Source: Candidatus Adlerbacteria bacterium
Lineage (GTDB): Bacteria; Patescibacteriota; Minisyncoccia; Phycocordibacterales; SBAW01
Assembly: GCA_029288895.1 (NCBI GenBank)
Contig: JARIGK010000002.1
Span: 29,545 to 93,544 of the forward strand
DNA length: 64,000 bases
Direction: 5' to 3'
Every line of letters starts with the position of its first letter. Position 1 is the stretch's first letter. The notes under the pieces are model-generated. The model worked only from the letters and a program-made list of their open reading frames with translations, was not told the DNA's origin and did not search any database. A program made the position numbers and the translations under genes. Of this stretch, positions 8,271 through 18,498 are shown piece by piece.

Positions 8271-10145
8271 TTACTGCTGCGGAGGGGTGTCGCCTGCTGG
8301 CGGTGTGTCGGTGTTTTCTTGCGTAGGTGGAGTTTGTGTACCGCCTGCTTTCTGAACCGCTTCGTAGACCTTGGAGAGTTCTTTCGAGAGCTCTTCTGTT
8401 GCAGCTTTGATGTCCGCCGCGTTTTCTGATGTCTTCTTTGCCTCGACGTTCTTGATCTTCTCTTCTATCGCAGCCTTCAAGTCTGCTGGGACTTTATCTT
8501 TATTGTCATCAAGCGACTTCTTTGCAGCGTACGCTGCCTGCTCTGCCATGTTGCGCGCCTCGGCCAACTCTGCCTTTTGTTTGTCGGCATCAGCATTTGC
8601 CTCGGCATCTTTGCGCATCTTTTCGATATCGGCATCCGAGAGGCCCGACGATGCTTCAATGCGGATGCTTTGCTCTTTGTTTGTTGCTTTGTCTTTTGCT
8701 TTGACCGAGAGGATGCCGTTTGCATCAACATCGAAGGTCACTTCTACTTGCGGCAAGCCGCGCGGTGCCGGCGGGATGCCATCGAGCACAAAGCGGCCAA
8801 GCGACTTATTGTCTGCGGCCATCGCGCGCTCGCCCTGAGTGATGTGGATCTCTACGGATGTCTGGTTGTCTGCTGCCGTGGAGAAGACCTGGCTGCGGCT
8901 TGTTGGGATTGTTGTGTTGCGGTCGATCAATTTTGTTGCAACGCCGCCCATGGTCTCGATACCCAAGGAAAGCGGAATAACGTCGAGCAAGAGCACGTCG
9001 CGTACTTCCCCGCCCAAGATGCCACCCTGGATGGCTGCGCCAATCGCAACAACCTCATCAGGGTTGACGGACATGTTCGGCTTCTTGCCGAAGTATGCTT
9101 CCACTGCTGCTTGCAATGCCGGCATGCGGGTCTGGCCGCCGACCAAGATCACTTCGTTGATGTCAGTAACCTTAAATGGCGATGCTTCCATTGCACGCTT
9201 GGTAATCATAAGCGCGCGATCTATGAATTCTTGTGAAAGTTCTTCGAGCTTTGCGCGCGAAAGCTTCAACAGCAAGTGGCGCGGACCCGATGCGTCCGAG
9301 GTAATGAACGGGATGTTGATTTCAGTCTCAACGGCAGTCGAAAGCTCGATCTTTGCCTTTTCTGCGGCCTCATCCAAGCGCTGGCGGCCAAGCGGGTCAA
9401 GGCGCACATCAATGCCGCTTTCTTTCTGGAATTCCGTAGCGAGCCAGTCGATTATTTTCTGATCCAAGTCTTTGCCGCCCAAGTGTGCGTCGCCGTCGGT
9501 CGACTTTACTTCGATGACATCATCGCCTACCTCAAGTACCGAGATGTCGAAGGTACCGCCGCCGAAGTCGAAGACGACGATCTTTTCATTCTTCTTTTTA
9601 TCAAAGCCATATGCAAGCGCGGCCGCAGTTGGCTCGTTAATGATGCGCTTAACGTCGAGGCCGGCGATCTTGCCTGCATCGCGCGTTGCTGCGCGCTGGG
9701 CGTCGTTAAAGTAGGCAGGGACGGTAATGACAGCTTCGGTGATTGTTTCGCCCAGGCGCTTTTCAGCATCCTGCTTCAATTTTTGCAGGATCATCGCTGA
9801 GATTTCTTCTGGGCGATACCACTGGCCGCCCATCTCTACCTCGATGCCGCCGTTTGCGGACTTGCGCATCTCAAACGGTACAGCAGCTTTGTCCTTCTGG
9901 ACCATCTCTTCTTCAAAGTTATGGCCGATGAAGCGCTTTATTTGGTAGACCGTGTTCTTGGGGTTGGTGACTGCCTGGCGGCGTGCGATAAGACCGACGA
10001 GTTTTTCGCCCGTCTTTGATGACGCAACAATAGACGGCGTCGTGCGTGCGCCTTCTGCATTCTCCAAAATCTGCGGCTCACCTCCGCGCATGACTGCCAT
10101 TGCAGAGTTTGTCGTACCCAAGTCGATACCAAGAATCTTTCCCAT
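8271..10145 (-). CDS. dnaK: Chaperone DnaK (Hsp70).
   Basis: IDLGTTNS and DLGGGTFD motifs. Full-length Hsp70 with an acidic/Pro-rich C-terminal tail. Confidence 0.95.
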   Translation of the reverse strand: MGKILGIDLGTTNSAMAVMRGGEPQILENAEGARTTPSIVASSKTGEKLVGLIARRQAVTNPKNTVYQIKRFIGHNFEEEMVQKDKAAVPFEMRKSANGGIEVEMGGQWYRPEEISAMILQKLKQDAEKRLGETITEAVITVPAYFNDAQRAATRDAGKIAGLDVKRIINEPTAAALAYGFDKKKNEKIVVFDFGGGTFDISVLEVGDDVIEVKSTDGDAHLGGKDLDQKIIDWLATEFQKESGIDVRLDPLGRQRLDEAAEKAKIELSTAVETEINIPFITSDASGPRHLLLKLSRAKLEELSQEFIDRALMITKRAMEASPFKVTDINEVILVGGQTRMPALQAAVEAYFGKKPNMSVNPDEVVAIGAAIQGGILGGEVRDVLLLDVIPLSLGIETMGGVATKLIDRNTTIPTSRSQVFSTAADNQTSVEIHITQGERAMAADNKSLGRFVLDGIPPAPRGLPQVEVTFDVDANGILSVKAKDKATNKEQSIRIEASSGLSDADIEKMRKDAEANADADKQKAELAEARNMAEQAAYAAKKSLDDNKDKVPADLKAAIEEKIKNVEAKKTSENAADIKAATEELSKELSKVYEAVQKAGGTQTPPTQENTDTPPAGDTPPQQ

Positions 10146-10176
10146 ACTTCTATATAGTTAGCTCGTAAACTTGCTG

Positions 10177-10656
10177 TTAAATAATCACTTGCGCTGGTCT
10201 GATAACTTTGTCTCCTACTTTATATCCGCTGCGTTGCACTTCTACTATTGTGTCTCCATTGCCCTGCTGCGCTATTGCTTCGTGTTTGTAGTGGTCGTAT
10301 GCATCGCCCTTGTCTCCAAATTTTTCTACGCCCATCTTTTTTAAGGAATCCATCAGCTGCTTTTCTACCATCTTGAGCTCGTCTGAGGGGTTATGCTTTT
10401 GCGCCATCTCAAACGAGTCGAGTGCGGGCAGAATATTCTCGACGAATTCGGCTTTGATGCGAGCCTCTTTCTCGCCGAGCATCGCCGCTTCCTCCTTCTT
10501 AAAATTGACGAAATCGGCGCGGGTCCGCTGCCATCCGTCCAAATACTCCTGTTTTTCCTTCACTGCCTGATTTAGCTTTTCGCGGAGCTTTTTGACGGCT
10601 GCGGGACTCTGTTCTTCCTCTTCCTCAATAAATTCTTCATCAGAGTCGTTCAACAT
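10177..10656 (-). CDS. grpE: Nucleotide exchange factor GrpE.
   Basis: 159 aa. Acidic N-terminus, a coiled coil, and a GrpE C-terminal beta domain (VGDKVIRPAQVI). Confidence 0.85.
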   Translation of the reverse strand: MLNDSDEEFIEEEEEQSPAAVKKLREKLNQAVKEKQEYLDGWQRTRADFVNFKKEEAAMLGEKEARIKAEFVENILPALDSFEMAQKHNPSDELKMVEKQLMDSLKKMGVEKFGDKGDAYDHYKHEAIAQQGNGDTIVEVQRSGYKVGDKVIRPAQVII

Positions 10657-10662
10657 TGCACC

Positions 10663-10701
10663 ATTCTACCGAAAAAAAGCTAGCAGTCAAATTCTGCTAG
10701 C
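10663..10701 (-). promoter_or_regulatory. Candidate leaderless grpE promoter (TTGACT-16-TAGAAT, with the -10 6 nt from the ATG). It overlaps an 8-bp inverted repeat GCTAGCAG-N7-CTGCTAGC, which is also the terminator of the upstream DUF1993 gene.
   Basis: Seen on the minus strand. The inverted repeat is followed by T7 (terminator). The -35 lies inside the repeat and TAGAAT is at 10663-10668. The half-sites weakly resemble CIRCE (TTAGCACTC). Confidence 0.4.
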
Positions 10702-10726
10702 CTTTTCCCTCCAACGCTTCCTGCTC

Positions 10727-11230
10727 CTAGAGGTCCTGCAATGGGAGGCCGTTGATGTAGTCGGCTTTGCCGATTTGGACGCCATTTTTGCGGACTATTG
10801 CGTACGCAGTTGCGACATGGAAGAAGAAGTTCGGGATTGCATACTCGCGAGCGTAGTCAAAGCCTGTCATAAACTTGCCTGGGAAGTATTTTATTTCCAC
10901 GCGAGTATCAGCAGCATTTTTGAATGACTCTTTTGAGATTGTTTGCAGATACGCAATTGTTCTATCGATGCGGGCATCGAGCTCTGCAAAGGTAGTCTCG
11001 GTGTCTTCGTAGCTCGGGGTCTCTGTGCCAGAAAGGCGTGAAGCCAAACCTTTGGCATTGTCTGTCGCAACTTGCACCTGCTTTACCAGTGGGAACATGT
11101 CGGGCGCCAAACGGTCGTTTAACAATGTTGTCTCATCTAGCCCGTGCTCTTTGGCCTTCTGTAACACACCCTTCAAACCGCCAAGCATTTTAATAAAAAC
11201 TGGGATCGTAAATTCGTAGATTGATTCCAT
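10727..11230 (-). CDS. DUF1993-family protein (uncharacterised).
   Basis: 167 aa, beginning MESIYEFTIPVFIKMLGGL... with LAPDMFPLVKQVQ. This matches my memory of the DUF1993 consensus. Confidence 0.5.
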   Translation of the reverse strand: MESIYEFTIPVFIKMLGGLKGVLQKAKEHGLDETTLLNDRLAPDMFPLVKQVQVATDNAKGLASRLSGTETPSYEDTETTFAELDARIDRTIAYLQTISKESFKNAADTRVEIKYFPGKFMTGFDYAREYAIPNFFFHVATAYAIVRKNGVQIGKADYINGLPLQDL

Positions 11231-11293
11231 AGGTCGTTCAGTATAGCAGAATTCTTCAGCAAACCTTAAGTTAGAAGAGAGTATGGTCGAGAG

Positions 11294-12451
11294 ATGTGGC
11301 CTGTGGGCATTTTTTTGTTGTGCGCTTCCATTGTGTTGCGGGTCATTTCCTACCCAGTCATTACCTCCGACTACACATACTTCTTAAAGGAATGGTTCAA
11401 CGCCCTTTCCACGCCTGGCCTTTCCGCCTTTACCAGCCCCTTTGCCGACTACGCGCCTCTCTACCTTTACCTAATCAAGTTCTTGACCCTCTTCCCTGTT
11501 TCGAGCCTCTATAGCATCAAGACACTCTCTGTCGTGTTTGATGTTGGTATCACGGCGCTTACATGCCTCATCCTCTATATGCTTGGTATTACAGATAGGG
11601 CGCGGTTGTTCCTTTCATTTGCGATTGTATTCATCACGCCAACCTTCTTGGTGAATAGCGCGCTCTGGGGTCAGTCCGACTCGCCATACGCGTTCTTTGT
11701 ATTACTTTCGTTTTACTTTTTACTGAGAGACAAACCGTCGTTTGCAACGCTCTCGTTTTCCGTGGCTCTGTGTCTCAAGGTACAGGCGATATTCTTCCTG
11801 CCTATTCTTGCAGGCTACCTCTTCCGCCGCAGAGAAGACTTGCCCTACATTGTGCTTGTGCCGATTGTTTTTTTGGCGAGCATCTTGCCTGCGTGGGTTG
11901 CGGGCGGCTCGTTCTCATATTGGTTTATGATCTACGCAAAACAGTCGGGCGAATATACGAGCCTTTCTGTCTCGGCGCAGAGTCTATTGTCGTACGCACA
12001 AGCGCTCTACTTCCCCGGACCTGTACAGAACGCACTTTTTTGGATATCGATCATCGCTTCGCTTTTGGCGGCGCTTTATATATTCGTCCTTGTTGCACGC
12101 GCAGGCCTCTCGGGCCCCGAGCGTATGATGCTGCTCACACTTTTGTGCGTCGCGCTTCTCCCGTACCTCCTTCCGCGCATGCACGAACGGTATTTCTACT
12201 TGGCTGATGTCTTTGCCGTACTCTTCGCACTGTGGCGGCCGCGCGCGTGGTACATTGCGGTGCTTGTGGTGCTCTCGTCGCTTCTTTCGTATCAACCATT
12301 TCTCTCACAACTCTCATTTGTAAAAGCACTTCCCTACGTCGACTTGCGCATGCCTGCGACCATACTTCTCTTTGCAATTATTTTTATCGTGGCCGAAGTT
12401 CGACGCACTCCTGAAATTGAGCATGAAGACGCGCGCTTCAGTCTGCCTTAA
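11294..12451 (+). CDS. GT-C fold integral-membrane glycosyltransferase (DUF2029/GT87-like).
   Basis: 385 aa polytopic membrane protein. It has the HERYFY-type motif typical of DUF2029 mannosyl/glycosyltransferases. It is the first gene of the plus-strand polysaccharide cluster. Confidence 0.55.
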   Translation: MWPVGIFLLCASIVLRVISYPVITSDYTYFLKEWFNALSTPGLSAFTSPFADYAPLYLYLIKFLTLFPVSSLYSIKTLSVVFDVGITALTCLILYMLGITDRARLFLSFAIVFITPTFLVNSALWGQSDSPYAFFVLLSFYFLLRDKPSFATLSFSVALCLKVQAIFFLPILAGYLFRRREDLPYIVLVPIVFLASILPAWVAGGSFSYWFMIYAKQSGEYTSLSVSAQSLLSYAQALYFPGPVQNALFWISIIASLLAALYIFVLVARAGLSGPERMMLLTLLCVALLPYLLPRMHERYFYLADVFAVLFALWRPRAWYIAVLVVLSSLLSYQPFLSQLSFVKALPYVDLRMPATILLFAIIFIVAEVRRTPEIEHEDARFSLP

Positions 12452-12570
12452 TGGTTGCCCGCGTATGGTGGCATTACACGAGGCCCTAAAACAGTTTTTG
12501 GACCCGTTGCAATCTGTAGAACTTATGAGCCCTTTAGTCAGAGCTTCGCTCCAAGCTCGTCCACATACAT

Positions 12571-13698
12571 ATGACCAAACCCATATCGCTGTCGATTTTC
12601 TTCCCCACCTACAATGAGGAAGACAACATTCGCGAAACTGTGCTGCGCACCATTGATGTAGTTGAAGGCTCACCCTACGTTGATGAGTACGAAATTCTCG
12701 TCGTAAACGACGGCAGTAAAGACAAAACTCTCGAGATCGCGCGCGAACTTGAGCGTGACTACCCCGGCGTGCGCGTGGTAAACCACGAACAAAACAAAGG
12801 CTATGGCGCTGCGCTTAAAAGCGGCATGGCTGCAGCAACGAAAGACTACGTCTTTTTTACCGATGCCGACTTACAGTTCGATATTAAAGAATTGCAAAAC
12901 TTGCTGGTGCACTTGGACACGCACCCTGTTGTCATTGGCTATCGCGCGCCCCGCCGCGACAGTGCGATGCGCCTTTTTAATGCGTGGGGGTGGAACAAGC
13001 TCAACCGTTTATTGTTTGGCCTGCGTATCCGCGATATCGACTGCGCATTTAAACTCTTCCGTCGCAGCGAACTGCAGAAAATAAAATTGAAATCAAAAGG
13101 CGCAATGATCAGTGCCGAAACATTGATCCGCCTCACACGCCGCAATGTGGCCGTCAAAGAGGTACCGGTCTCTCACTTGCCGCGTACCGCGGGCTCGCCC
13201 ACGGGCGCCAAGCCGTCGGTTATTTTGCGCGCGTTCCAGGAAATGATTGAACTCTATCGTGGCGAATTAGGTGGTGCAACACAAAAAGAAGCGTTGCGTT
13301 TTATGTCGGTCGGCGTCATCAACACACTGCTTGATGCTGCGATCTACATCATGCTCACGCGTGGTATGGAATTCTTCGCTGTGCACCTGACGGTCGCAAA
13401 GTTTGTCTCATTCTTGGGCGGCACGCTCTCAAGTTTGCTCTTAAACCGCAGTTGGACCTTTGGTATCCGTACGCCTCTTACAACCGGCGAAGTTGTGCGT
13501 TTCTACACGACGACCTCGGCTGCAATTGTCGTCAACGTACTCGTGATGAATGCACTCGTTGGTGCGGGTATGTACGACTTGCTGGCGCTTGCAGTCACTA
13601 CCGTCTTTACTTTCGCGGTTAACTTCACCCTCTCGAAATTCTGGGTCTTCCGCCAAAAGGATGCCCCATCTGCTCAACAAAAAGGCTATGCGATTTAA
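12571..13698 (+). CDS. GT2 glycosyltransferase (polyprenyl-phosphate sugar synthase-like, DPM1/GtrB-type) fused to a C-terminal GtrA-like 4-TM domain.
   Basis: IFFPTYNEEDNI and VVNDGSKDKT GT2-A motifs. The C-terminal 120 aa carry GtrA-like TM helices (MSVGVINTLLDAAIYIML..., KFWVFRQ). Confidence 0.8.
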   Translation: MTKPISLSIFFPTYNEEDNIRETVLRTIDVVEGSPYVDEYEILVVNDGSKDKTLEIARELERDYPGVRVVNHEQNKGYGAALKSGMAAATKDYVFFTDADLQFDIKELQNLLVHLDTHPVVIGYRAPRRDSAMRLFNAWGWNKLNRLLFGLRIRDIDCAFKLFRRSELQKIKLKSKGAMISAETLIRLTRRNVAVKEVPVSHLPRTAGSPTGAKPSVILRAFQEMIELYRGELGGATQKEALRFMSVGVINTLLDAAIYIMLTRGMEFFAVHLTVAKFVSFLGGTLSSLLLNRSWTFGIRTPLTTGEVVRFYTTTSAAIVVNVLVMNALVGAGMYDLLALAVTTVFTFAVNFTLSKFWVFRQKDAPSAQQKGYAI

Positions 13699-14179
13699 CT
13701 CACTTCTTACATCACCCATATTCCACGCCGTAGCGAAAAAGCCCGCTAAGACTGAAAAGCAACACGCTACTTCTACAACTCCAGCGCCTGTACAAGCAAC
13801 GCCTGTGGTTGTAGCGACCAGCACACATCCCGTGCCACCTCCGGCGGCTCATACAGCAACGACGAGTGCGGCGACATCGTCTGCTCCTGTCGCGGCAACA
13901 ACTGTGGGGGGCAAACAATCATCAGCGCAAACACGAACACTCTCTACCAGCGTTGGCGTAGTTTCGGCGCCAGAACATAGCACACTCCTTAACCCCTATG
14001 CGGGCGCAGGCGGCCTTACGCCTGTGGGTACGGCAAGCCTCGTGCTTGGTGCCGCGGTGATGGCAAGCCTCGGCCTCCTCTTTGTGCGCGGAGAAACGCT
14101 CGGAAACTCGTACGAGCGCCTGGTGCGATTTATTGGGGTCAAGGCCCCGCCCCGTGCTGTGCGTTCACGTCACGCATAA
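13688..14179 (+). CDS. Ala/Thr/Pro-rich low-complexity protein with a C-terminal hydrophobic anchor (hypothetical).
   Basis: Same frame as ORF-track 13550..14179, with the probable start at the ATG overlapping the GT2 stop. The sequence reads ATSTTPAPVQATPVVVATSTHPVPPPAAHTATTSAATSSAPVAATT... followed by LVLGAAVMASLGLLFV. Confidence 0.4.
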   Translation: MRFNSLLTSPIFHAVAKKPAKTEKQHATSTTPAPVQATPVVVATSTHPVPPPAAHTATTSAATSSAPVAATTVGGKQSSAQTRTLSTSVGVVSAPEHSTLLNPYAGAGGLTPVGTASLVLGAAVMASLGLLFVRGETLGNSYERLVRFIGVKAPPRAVRSRHA

Positions 14180-14191
14180 ACAAACACATAT

Positions 14192-15409
14192 ATGGTGTCG
14201 CGATTGCTGGGCTACATATTGCTCCTGTGTGCAGCTGTGCTCATAGGCGTGGCAATTTATCGCAACTCGACCAAGAGCGAAGTGCCGCTTACCTTTGCGC
14301 CCAACCAAGTGCTTGACGCAACGTGGGTTGCGTACAAAAAAACTTTCATCGAGGCAGGAACCTTCCGCACCTTAGATAAACAGCGCGGCGACATTACCAC
14401 ATCGGAAGGCCAGAGCTACACGATGCTGCGCGCAGTGTGGATGGGCGATAAAGATACCTTCGATGGTGCATGGAAGTGGACCGGGAGCTATCTCCATCGA
14501 AATGATGATCATTTGTTTTCGTGGCTGTGGGGCCAGCGCCCGGGTGGTGCATACGGCGTGATCACAGAACAGAGCGGTCAAAACACCGCGTCGGATGCCG
14601 ATGAAAATATTGCGCTTGCACTTATCTTCGCCTACGCACGCTGGCAAGACCCCGCATATCTGGCGAGTGCGCGCGACATAGTGGGCGACATCTGGGATAA
14701 GGAGGTGATCGTCATTGGCGGCGTCCCCTACCTCACCGCAGACAACTTAGAAAAAACATCCGCGAGCCAAACTGCAGTGCTCAACCCGTCCTACATGGAG
14801 CCTGCGGCGTACAAAATCTTTGCCGCTATCGACCCGACGCATCCGTGGAACAAACTCGCCGACAGTTCGTACATCGTTCTGCAAAAAAGCATGAACGCAG
14901 AACTGGGGAGCGGTGCATCTGCTGGCCTTCCGCCCAACTGGGTTGGGATCGACAAAACATCAGGGAGCCTTGTGCCGCTGCCTGGCACAAACGACACCAA
15001 CTATAGCTACGACGCGATGCGCGTGCCATGGAATATCGCGCTCGACTGGCAATGGTTTGGCGACAAACGTGCACAGACCCTCCTTTCGAAGATGTCGTTC
15101 TTGGGGGCGCAGTGGGACAAGAACCACGCACTTGCAAGCGTCTACAACCACGCAGGCGGTACGGTCACTCCGGAAGAATCGCCGGCCATCTACGGAGGCG
15201 ACCTCGGCTACTTCCTTGTTGCGCAACCGGTAAAGGCAAAAGACGTGTACGAACAAAAGCTCCTCTTCCTCTACAACCCTGGCCTTAACGACTGGAAGCA
15301 ACAACTTTCCTACTACGACGCAAATTGGGTGTGGTTTGGCATCGGGCTCTACAACAATTTGCTCCCCAACTTAGCAAACGACGTACCAAAGACCGCGATT
15401 ACTCATTAA
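14192..15409 (+). CDS. Glycoside hydrolase family 8 endo-beta-1,4-glucanase (BcsZ/CelA-like) with an N-terminal signal anchor.
   Basis: TTSEGQSYTM (the GH8 catalytic-acid region SEGQ.Y), ASDADENIALALIF and an aromatic-rich C-terminus. The size is 405 aa. Confidence 0.8.
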   Translation: MVSRLLGYILLLCAAVLIGVAIYRNSTKSEVPLTFAPNQVLDATWVAYKKTFIEAGTFRTLDKQRGDITTSEGQSYTMLRAVWMGDKDTFDGAWKWTGSYLHRNDDHLFSWLWGQRPGGAYGVITEQSGQNTASDADENIALALIFAYARWQDPAYLASARDIVGDIWDKEVIVIGGVPYLTADNLEKTSASQTAVLNPSYMEPAAYKIFAAIDPTHPWNKLADSSYIVLQKSMNAELGSGASAGLPPNWVGIDKTSGSLVPLPGTNDTNYSYDAMRVPWNIALDWQWFGDKRAQTLLSKMSFLGAQWDKNHALASVYNHAGGTVTPEESPAIYGGDLGYFLVAQPVKAKDVYEQKLLFLYNPGLNDWKQQLSYYDANWVWFGIGLYNNLLPNLANDVPKTAITH

Positions 15410-15419
15410 CAAAACGCGT

Positions 15420-16979
15420 ATGAACACGAACTACGATCACACACCACACGACCTCCGCACCGACTTTTTGGAAACAAAGACGCCTAAGATGCTGTTTGTC
15501 ATAAACGCAGTGCTTGCGGTGGCATATTTTGCCGTACTCGTGTTCTTCTTCCCTATCGGCAACAAGCTATTGTTTGCGTTGCTTATCGCAGGCGAAATAT
15601 TCCACCTGTGGCAGGTGCTCACCTTCCTCTATACGGTGTGGGATACAGAATATGAGGCACCGCGGAACCCATCATTCCATCCGCCTGTCGATGTGTTTAT
15701 TACCGTGGCAGGCGAACCTGTCGAGCTCGTACAAAAAACAGTGGCCGCTGCGCGCGCAATGAACTACCCGAACTTTGATGTCTATATATTGAATGACGGC
15801 TACGTTGCGGGCAAAGACAACTGGCGCGACATCGAAGCGCTCGCGAGCCGCATGGCGGTCAATTGCATTACACGCACAGTGCCTGGTGGTGCCAAAGCCG
15901 GCAACATTAACAATGCACTCAAATTAACGAAGAGCCCGCTTGTAGCAATATTTGACGCCGACCATGTGCCGCGCGGCGACTTCTTGCGCGCAACGGCTGC
16001 CTACTTTGCCGACCCTACGGTGGCCTTTGTGCAGACGCCGCAGTTCTACAAAAACTATAGCGAAAACTTCATCACCAAAAGCTCGTGGGAACAGCAAGAA
16101 CTTTTCTTCGGGCCCATCTGCAAAGGTAAAAATCGGTTAAACGCAGCGACCATGTGCGGCACCAACATGTTGATTTCGCGCGAGGCACTTGTTGATGTGG
16201 GCGGTATGTGTACCGAGTCGATCGCGGAAGATTTTATCACCGGCCTTATGATCCACGCGCGCGGGTGGCGTTCTGTCTACCATGGAGAAGTGTTGGCCGA
16301 AGGGTTGGCTACAGAAGATCTTCTGTCATATTCAAAGCAACAGTTCCGCTGGGCACGCGGCGCGCTTGATGTTATCTTCCGCTACAACCCGCTTTTTATG
16401 CGTGGGTTGTCATGGGCGCAAAAAATACAGTACTTGGCGTCGGCGAGCTTCTACCTCTCTGGATTGTTCGTGGTGCTTGATGCACTTCTCCCCGTTATTT
16501 ACTTCTACACCGGCACTGTGCCTGTGATCATCTCCGGCATGCTCTTGGCCTCCTTCTTTTTGCCGTACCTCTTCTTTACGTTCTACGTCATTCAACGCAC
16601 CAGTAACTCAACCTTTACCTTCCCGAGCCTTGGCTTCTCGATGGGCAGCTTCAATATCCAATTGCAAGCGCTCTACTCGGCAGCGACATTCCAACGTTCA
16701 GCATTCGGCATCACGCAAAAGAAAAAACTTGAAGGTAATTTCGTTGGGCTGGTCAAATGGCACATTGCTTATGCGGCACTGGTCGTGGGCGGCATCGTTG
16801 TGGCCTTCCTACGCGAAGGGTTCTCGGCGTCGCTCTTCAATAACATTGCGTGGGGCGCATTGAATATCATCATCTTCCTGCCGTTTATCCGTGCCGCATT
16901 CCCTGAACGTACACGCAATCAGTCTGTACCGCTCGGGACACCTGTAGCACAGAGAACATATGCCGTACGAAAACACTAA
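15420..16979 (+). CDS. Processive family-2 beta-glycosyltransferase (cellulose synthase/BcsA-like catalytic core) with no PilZ domain.
   Basis: DAD (IFDADHVP), TED-like (AEDFITG) and QxxRW (QQFRWARG) motifs. It has 2 N-terminal and about 4-5 C-terminal TM helices and is 519 aa. Confidence 0.8.
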   Translation: MNTNYDHTPHDLRTDFLETKTPKMLFVINAVLAVAYFAVLVFFFPIGNKLLFALLIAGEIFHLWQVLTFLYTVWDTEYEAPRNPSFHPPVDVFITVAGEPVELVQKTVAAARAMNYPNFDVYILNDGYVAGKDNWRDIEALASRMAVNCITRTVPGGAKAGNINNALKLTKSPLVAIFDADHVPRGDFLRATAAYFADPTVAFVQTPQFYKNYSENFITKSSWEQQELFFGPICKGKNRLNAATMCGTNMLISREALVDVGGMCTESIAEDFITGLMIHARGWRSVYHGEVLAEGLATEDLLSYSKQQFRWARGALDVIFRYNPLFMRGLSWAQKIQYLASASFYLSGLFVVLDALLPVIYFYTGTVPVIISGMLLASFFLPYLFFTFYVIQRTSNSTFTFPSLGFSMGSFNIQLQALYSAATFQRSAFGITQKKKLEGNFVGLVKWHIAYAALVVGGIVVAFLREGFSASLFNNIAWGALNIIIFLPFIRAAFPERTRNQSVPLGTPVAQRTYAVRKH

Positions 16980-18498
16980 AACACCAACAAGAGATATAGT
17001 GCTGCTCGTATGCATTATGCTCATTCCGCTTGCCTTGTCCGCCTTCTTCTTTATGGGGCAGAGCTTGCGGCTCGACGAAGCACAGAGCCTCTGGCAAACC
17101 AGCCGCAGCGTGTCAGCTATCTTCAAGCAAGTGGGCAGCGATGTGCACGTCCCCTTCTACCACCTATTACTGCACTTCTGGCAGATATATTTTGGCGCGA
17201 CAATTGTCTCGGCGCGCCTGATGTCGCTGCTGTTTTACGAACTCTCGATCCCTGCGCTCTACCTGCTTGGGCGAACAAGCTTTAACCGCCGCATTGGGCT
17301 GTATGCTGCATTTCTCTTTGCACTCTCGCCGTTTATGAATTGGTATGGCAACGAGATACGCATGTACACGCTGTTTACGTTCTTCACTATTTTGAACCAA
17401 TACTTCTTTGTACGTATATGGAAAGCGCGCACGAGCCTTGCGGGCGAAGAGCAGCGGCAGTCGCATATATGGGCTGGATACATTCTCACCGCCGTGTTTG
17501 GCGTCTTCTCGCACTACTTTTTCTTCCTCAACCTGCTTGCACAAGTTGTATTTTATTTTGTGCGATGGAAGACATTCCCCGAGGGATCGTTCCGCCGGTT
17601 TCTCTTTTCTGCGGGGGTTGTCGTCGCGGCATTTGTGCCGTGGGTGCTGTATGTGCTGCGCTTGGGAACCATTGGTTTCCAAGAGCCGCTGCTTACGCCG
17701 CCCACATCAGTGAATCTCTTTAGCACGTTTGCACAATTTCTCTTTGGTTTCCAAAACGACAACATTAACACCTTCTTCTTGGCGCTGTGGCCATTGGTTG
17801 TAGTGTTGGCGCTCTTAGCGCTGCGGCGCAAACGTCGTGCGCTGCCCGAGACAGAATATTTCTTGGCGACCATTATTCTTTCCTTTGCGGTGGCGTTCGT
17901 AGTGAGCTTGGCCATAGCGCCTGTATTCGTAAGCCGCTACCTTATCTTTACGATCCCCTCCTTTTACCTATTGCTCGGCAGTTTGTTTGTCACGTATGAA
18001 GCGCGGTTTGCGGTATTTCTTCAGCGTTCGCTCGCATTGCTCATGGTGGTGATGTTGGCGGTCGAGATTGCGAGCCCAAGTACGCCGGTGAAGGAAAATT
18101 ACGAGCAAGCGACTGCCTACATCAGCGCGCATGCGACACCGCAAGATGTGATTGTGTTGTCGGCGCCGTTTACGCTCTACCCAGTGCAGTACTACTACCG
18201 CGGCGCGTCGCCTATCGAGACTCTGCCGCTGTGGGATAGATACGATTTTGGCCCCATCCCGCCGTTTGTTGCTGCAAACTTAGAGAGTGAGGCCAAAACT
18301 GCCGTAGGAAGCAGCCAGAATGTGTATTTGTTGTTGTCGTACGACCAGGGCTACGAGAAGACAGTGTATGACTACTTCAACTCACACTACCAGATGGTCG
18401 ACAAGGAGCATTTCTCGGATGACCTTAACTTGTACGTGTACAAGTTGCGCTACGACACGGCCAAAACGAGTCAGGCGACAACAACGGCTCTGCGCTAA
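16960..18498 (+). CDS. GT-C fold membrane glycosyltransferase, PMT_2/ArnT-like (GT39/GT83-like).
   Basis: 512 aa with more than 10 TM helices and an ArnT-like N-terminal region (SARLMSLLFYELSIPALYLLGR). It overlaps the upstream gene by 20 nt. Confidence 0.6.
   Translation: MPYENTKTPTRDIVLLVCIMLIPLALSAFFFMGQSLRLDEAQSLWQTSRSVSAIFKQVGSDVHVPFYHLLLHFWQIYFGATIVSARLMSLLFYELSIPALYLLGRTSFNRRIGLYAAFLFALSPFMNWYGNEIRMYTLFTFFTILNQYFFVRIWKARTSLAGEEQRQSHIWAGYILTAVFGVFSHYFFFLNLLAQVVFYFVRWKTFPEGSFRRFLFSAGVVVAAFVPWVLYVLRLGTIGFQEPLLTPPTSVNLFSTFAQFLFGFQNDNINTFFLALWPLVVVLALLALRRKRRALPETEYFLATIILSFAVAFVVSLAIAPVFVSRYLIFTIPSFYLLLGSLFVTYEARFAVFLQRSLALLMVVMLAVEIASPSTPVKENYEQATAYISAHATPQDVIVLSAPFTLYPVQYYYRGASPIETLPLWDRYDFGPIPPFVAANLESEAKTAVGSSQNVYLLLSYDQGYEKTVYDYFNSHYQMVDKEHFSDDLNLYVYKLRYDTAKTSQATTTALR

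Noticed and set aside
8371-9800. Several plus-strand ORFs (8371..8838, 8577..9236, 8839..9462, 9276..9800).
   Set aside because: They are antisense to dnaK. The Ser/Ala/Cys-rich translations are typical mirror ORFs of a highly expressed gene.
12939-13157. Various ORFs inside and antisense to glycosyltransferase genes (for example 12939..13157, 14372..14647, 17167..17682 and 17553..17915).
   Set aside because: They are embedded in clearly motif-supported GT/GH genes on the opposite strand and have no translation signals.
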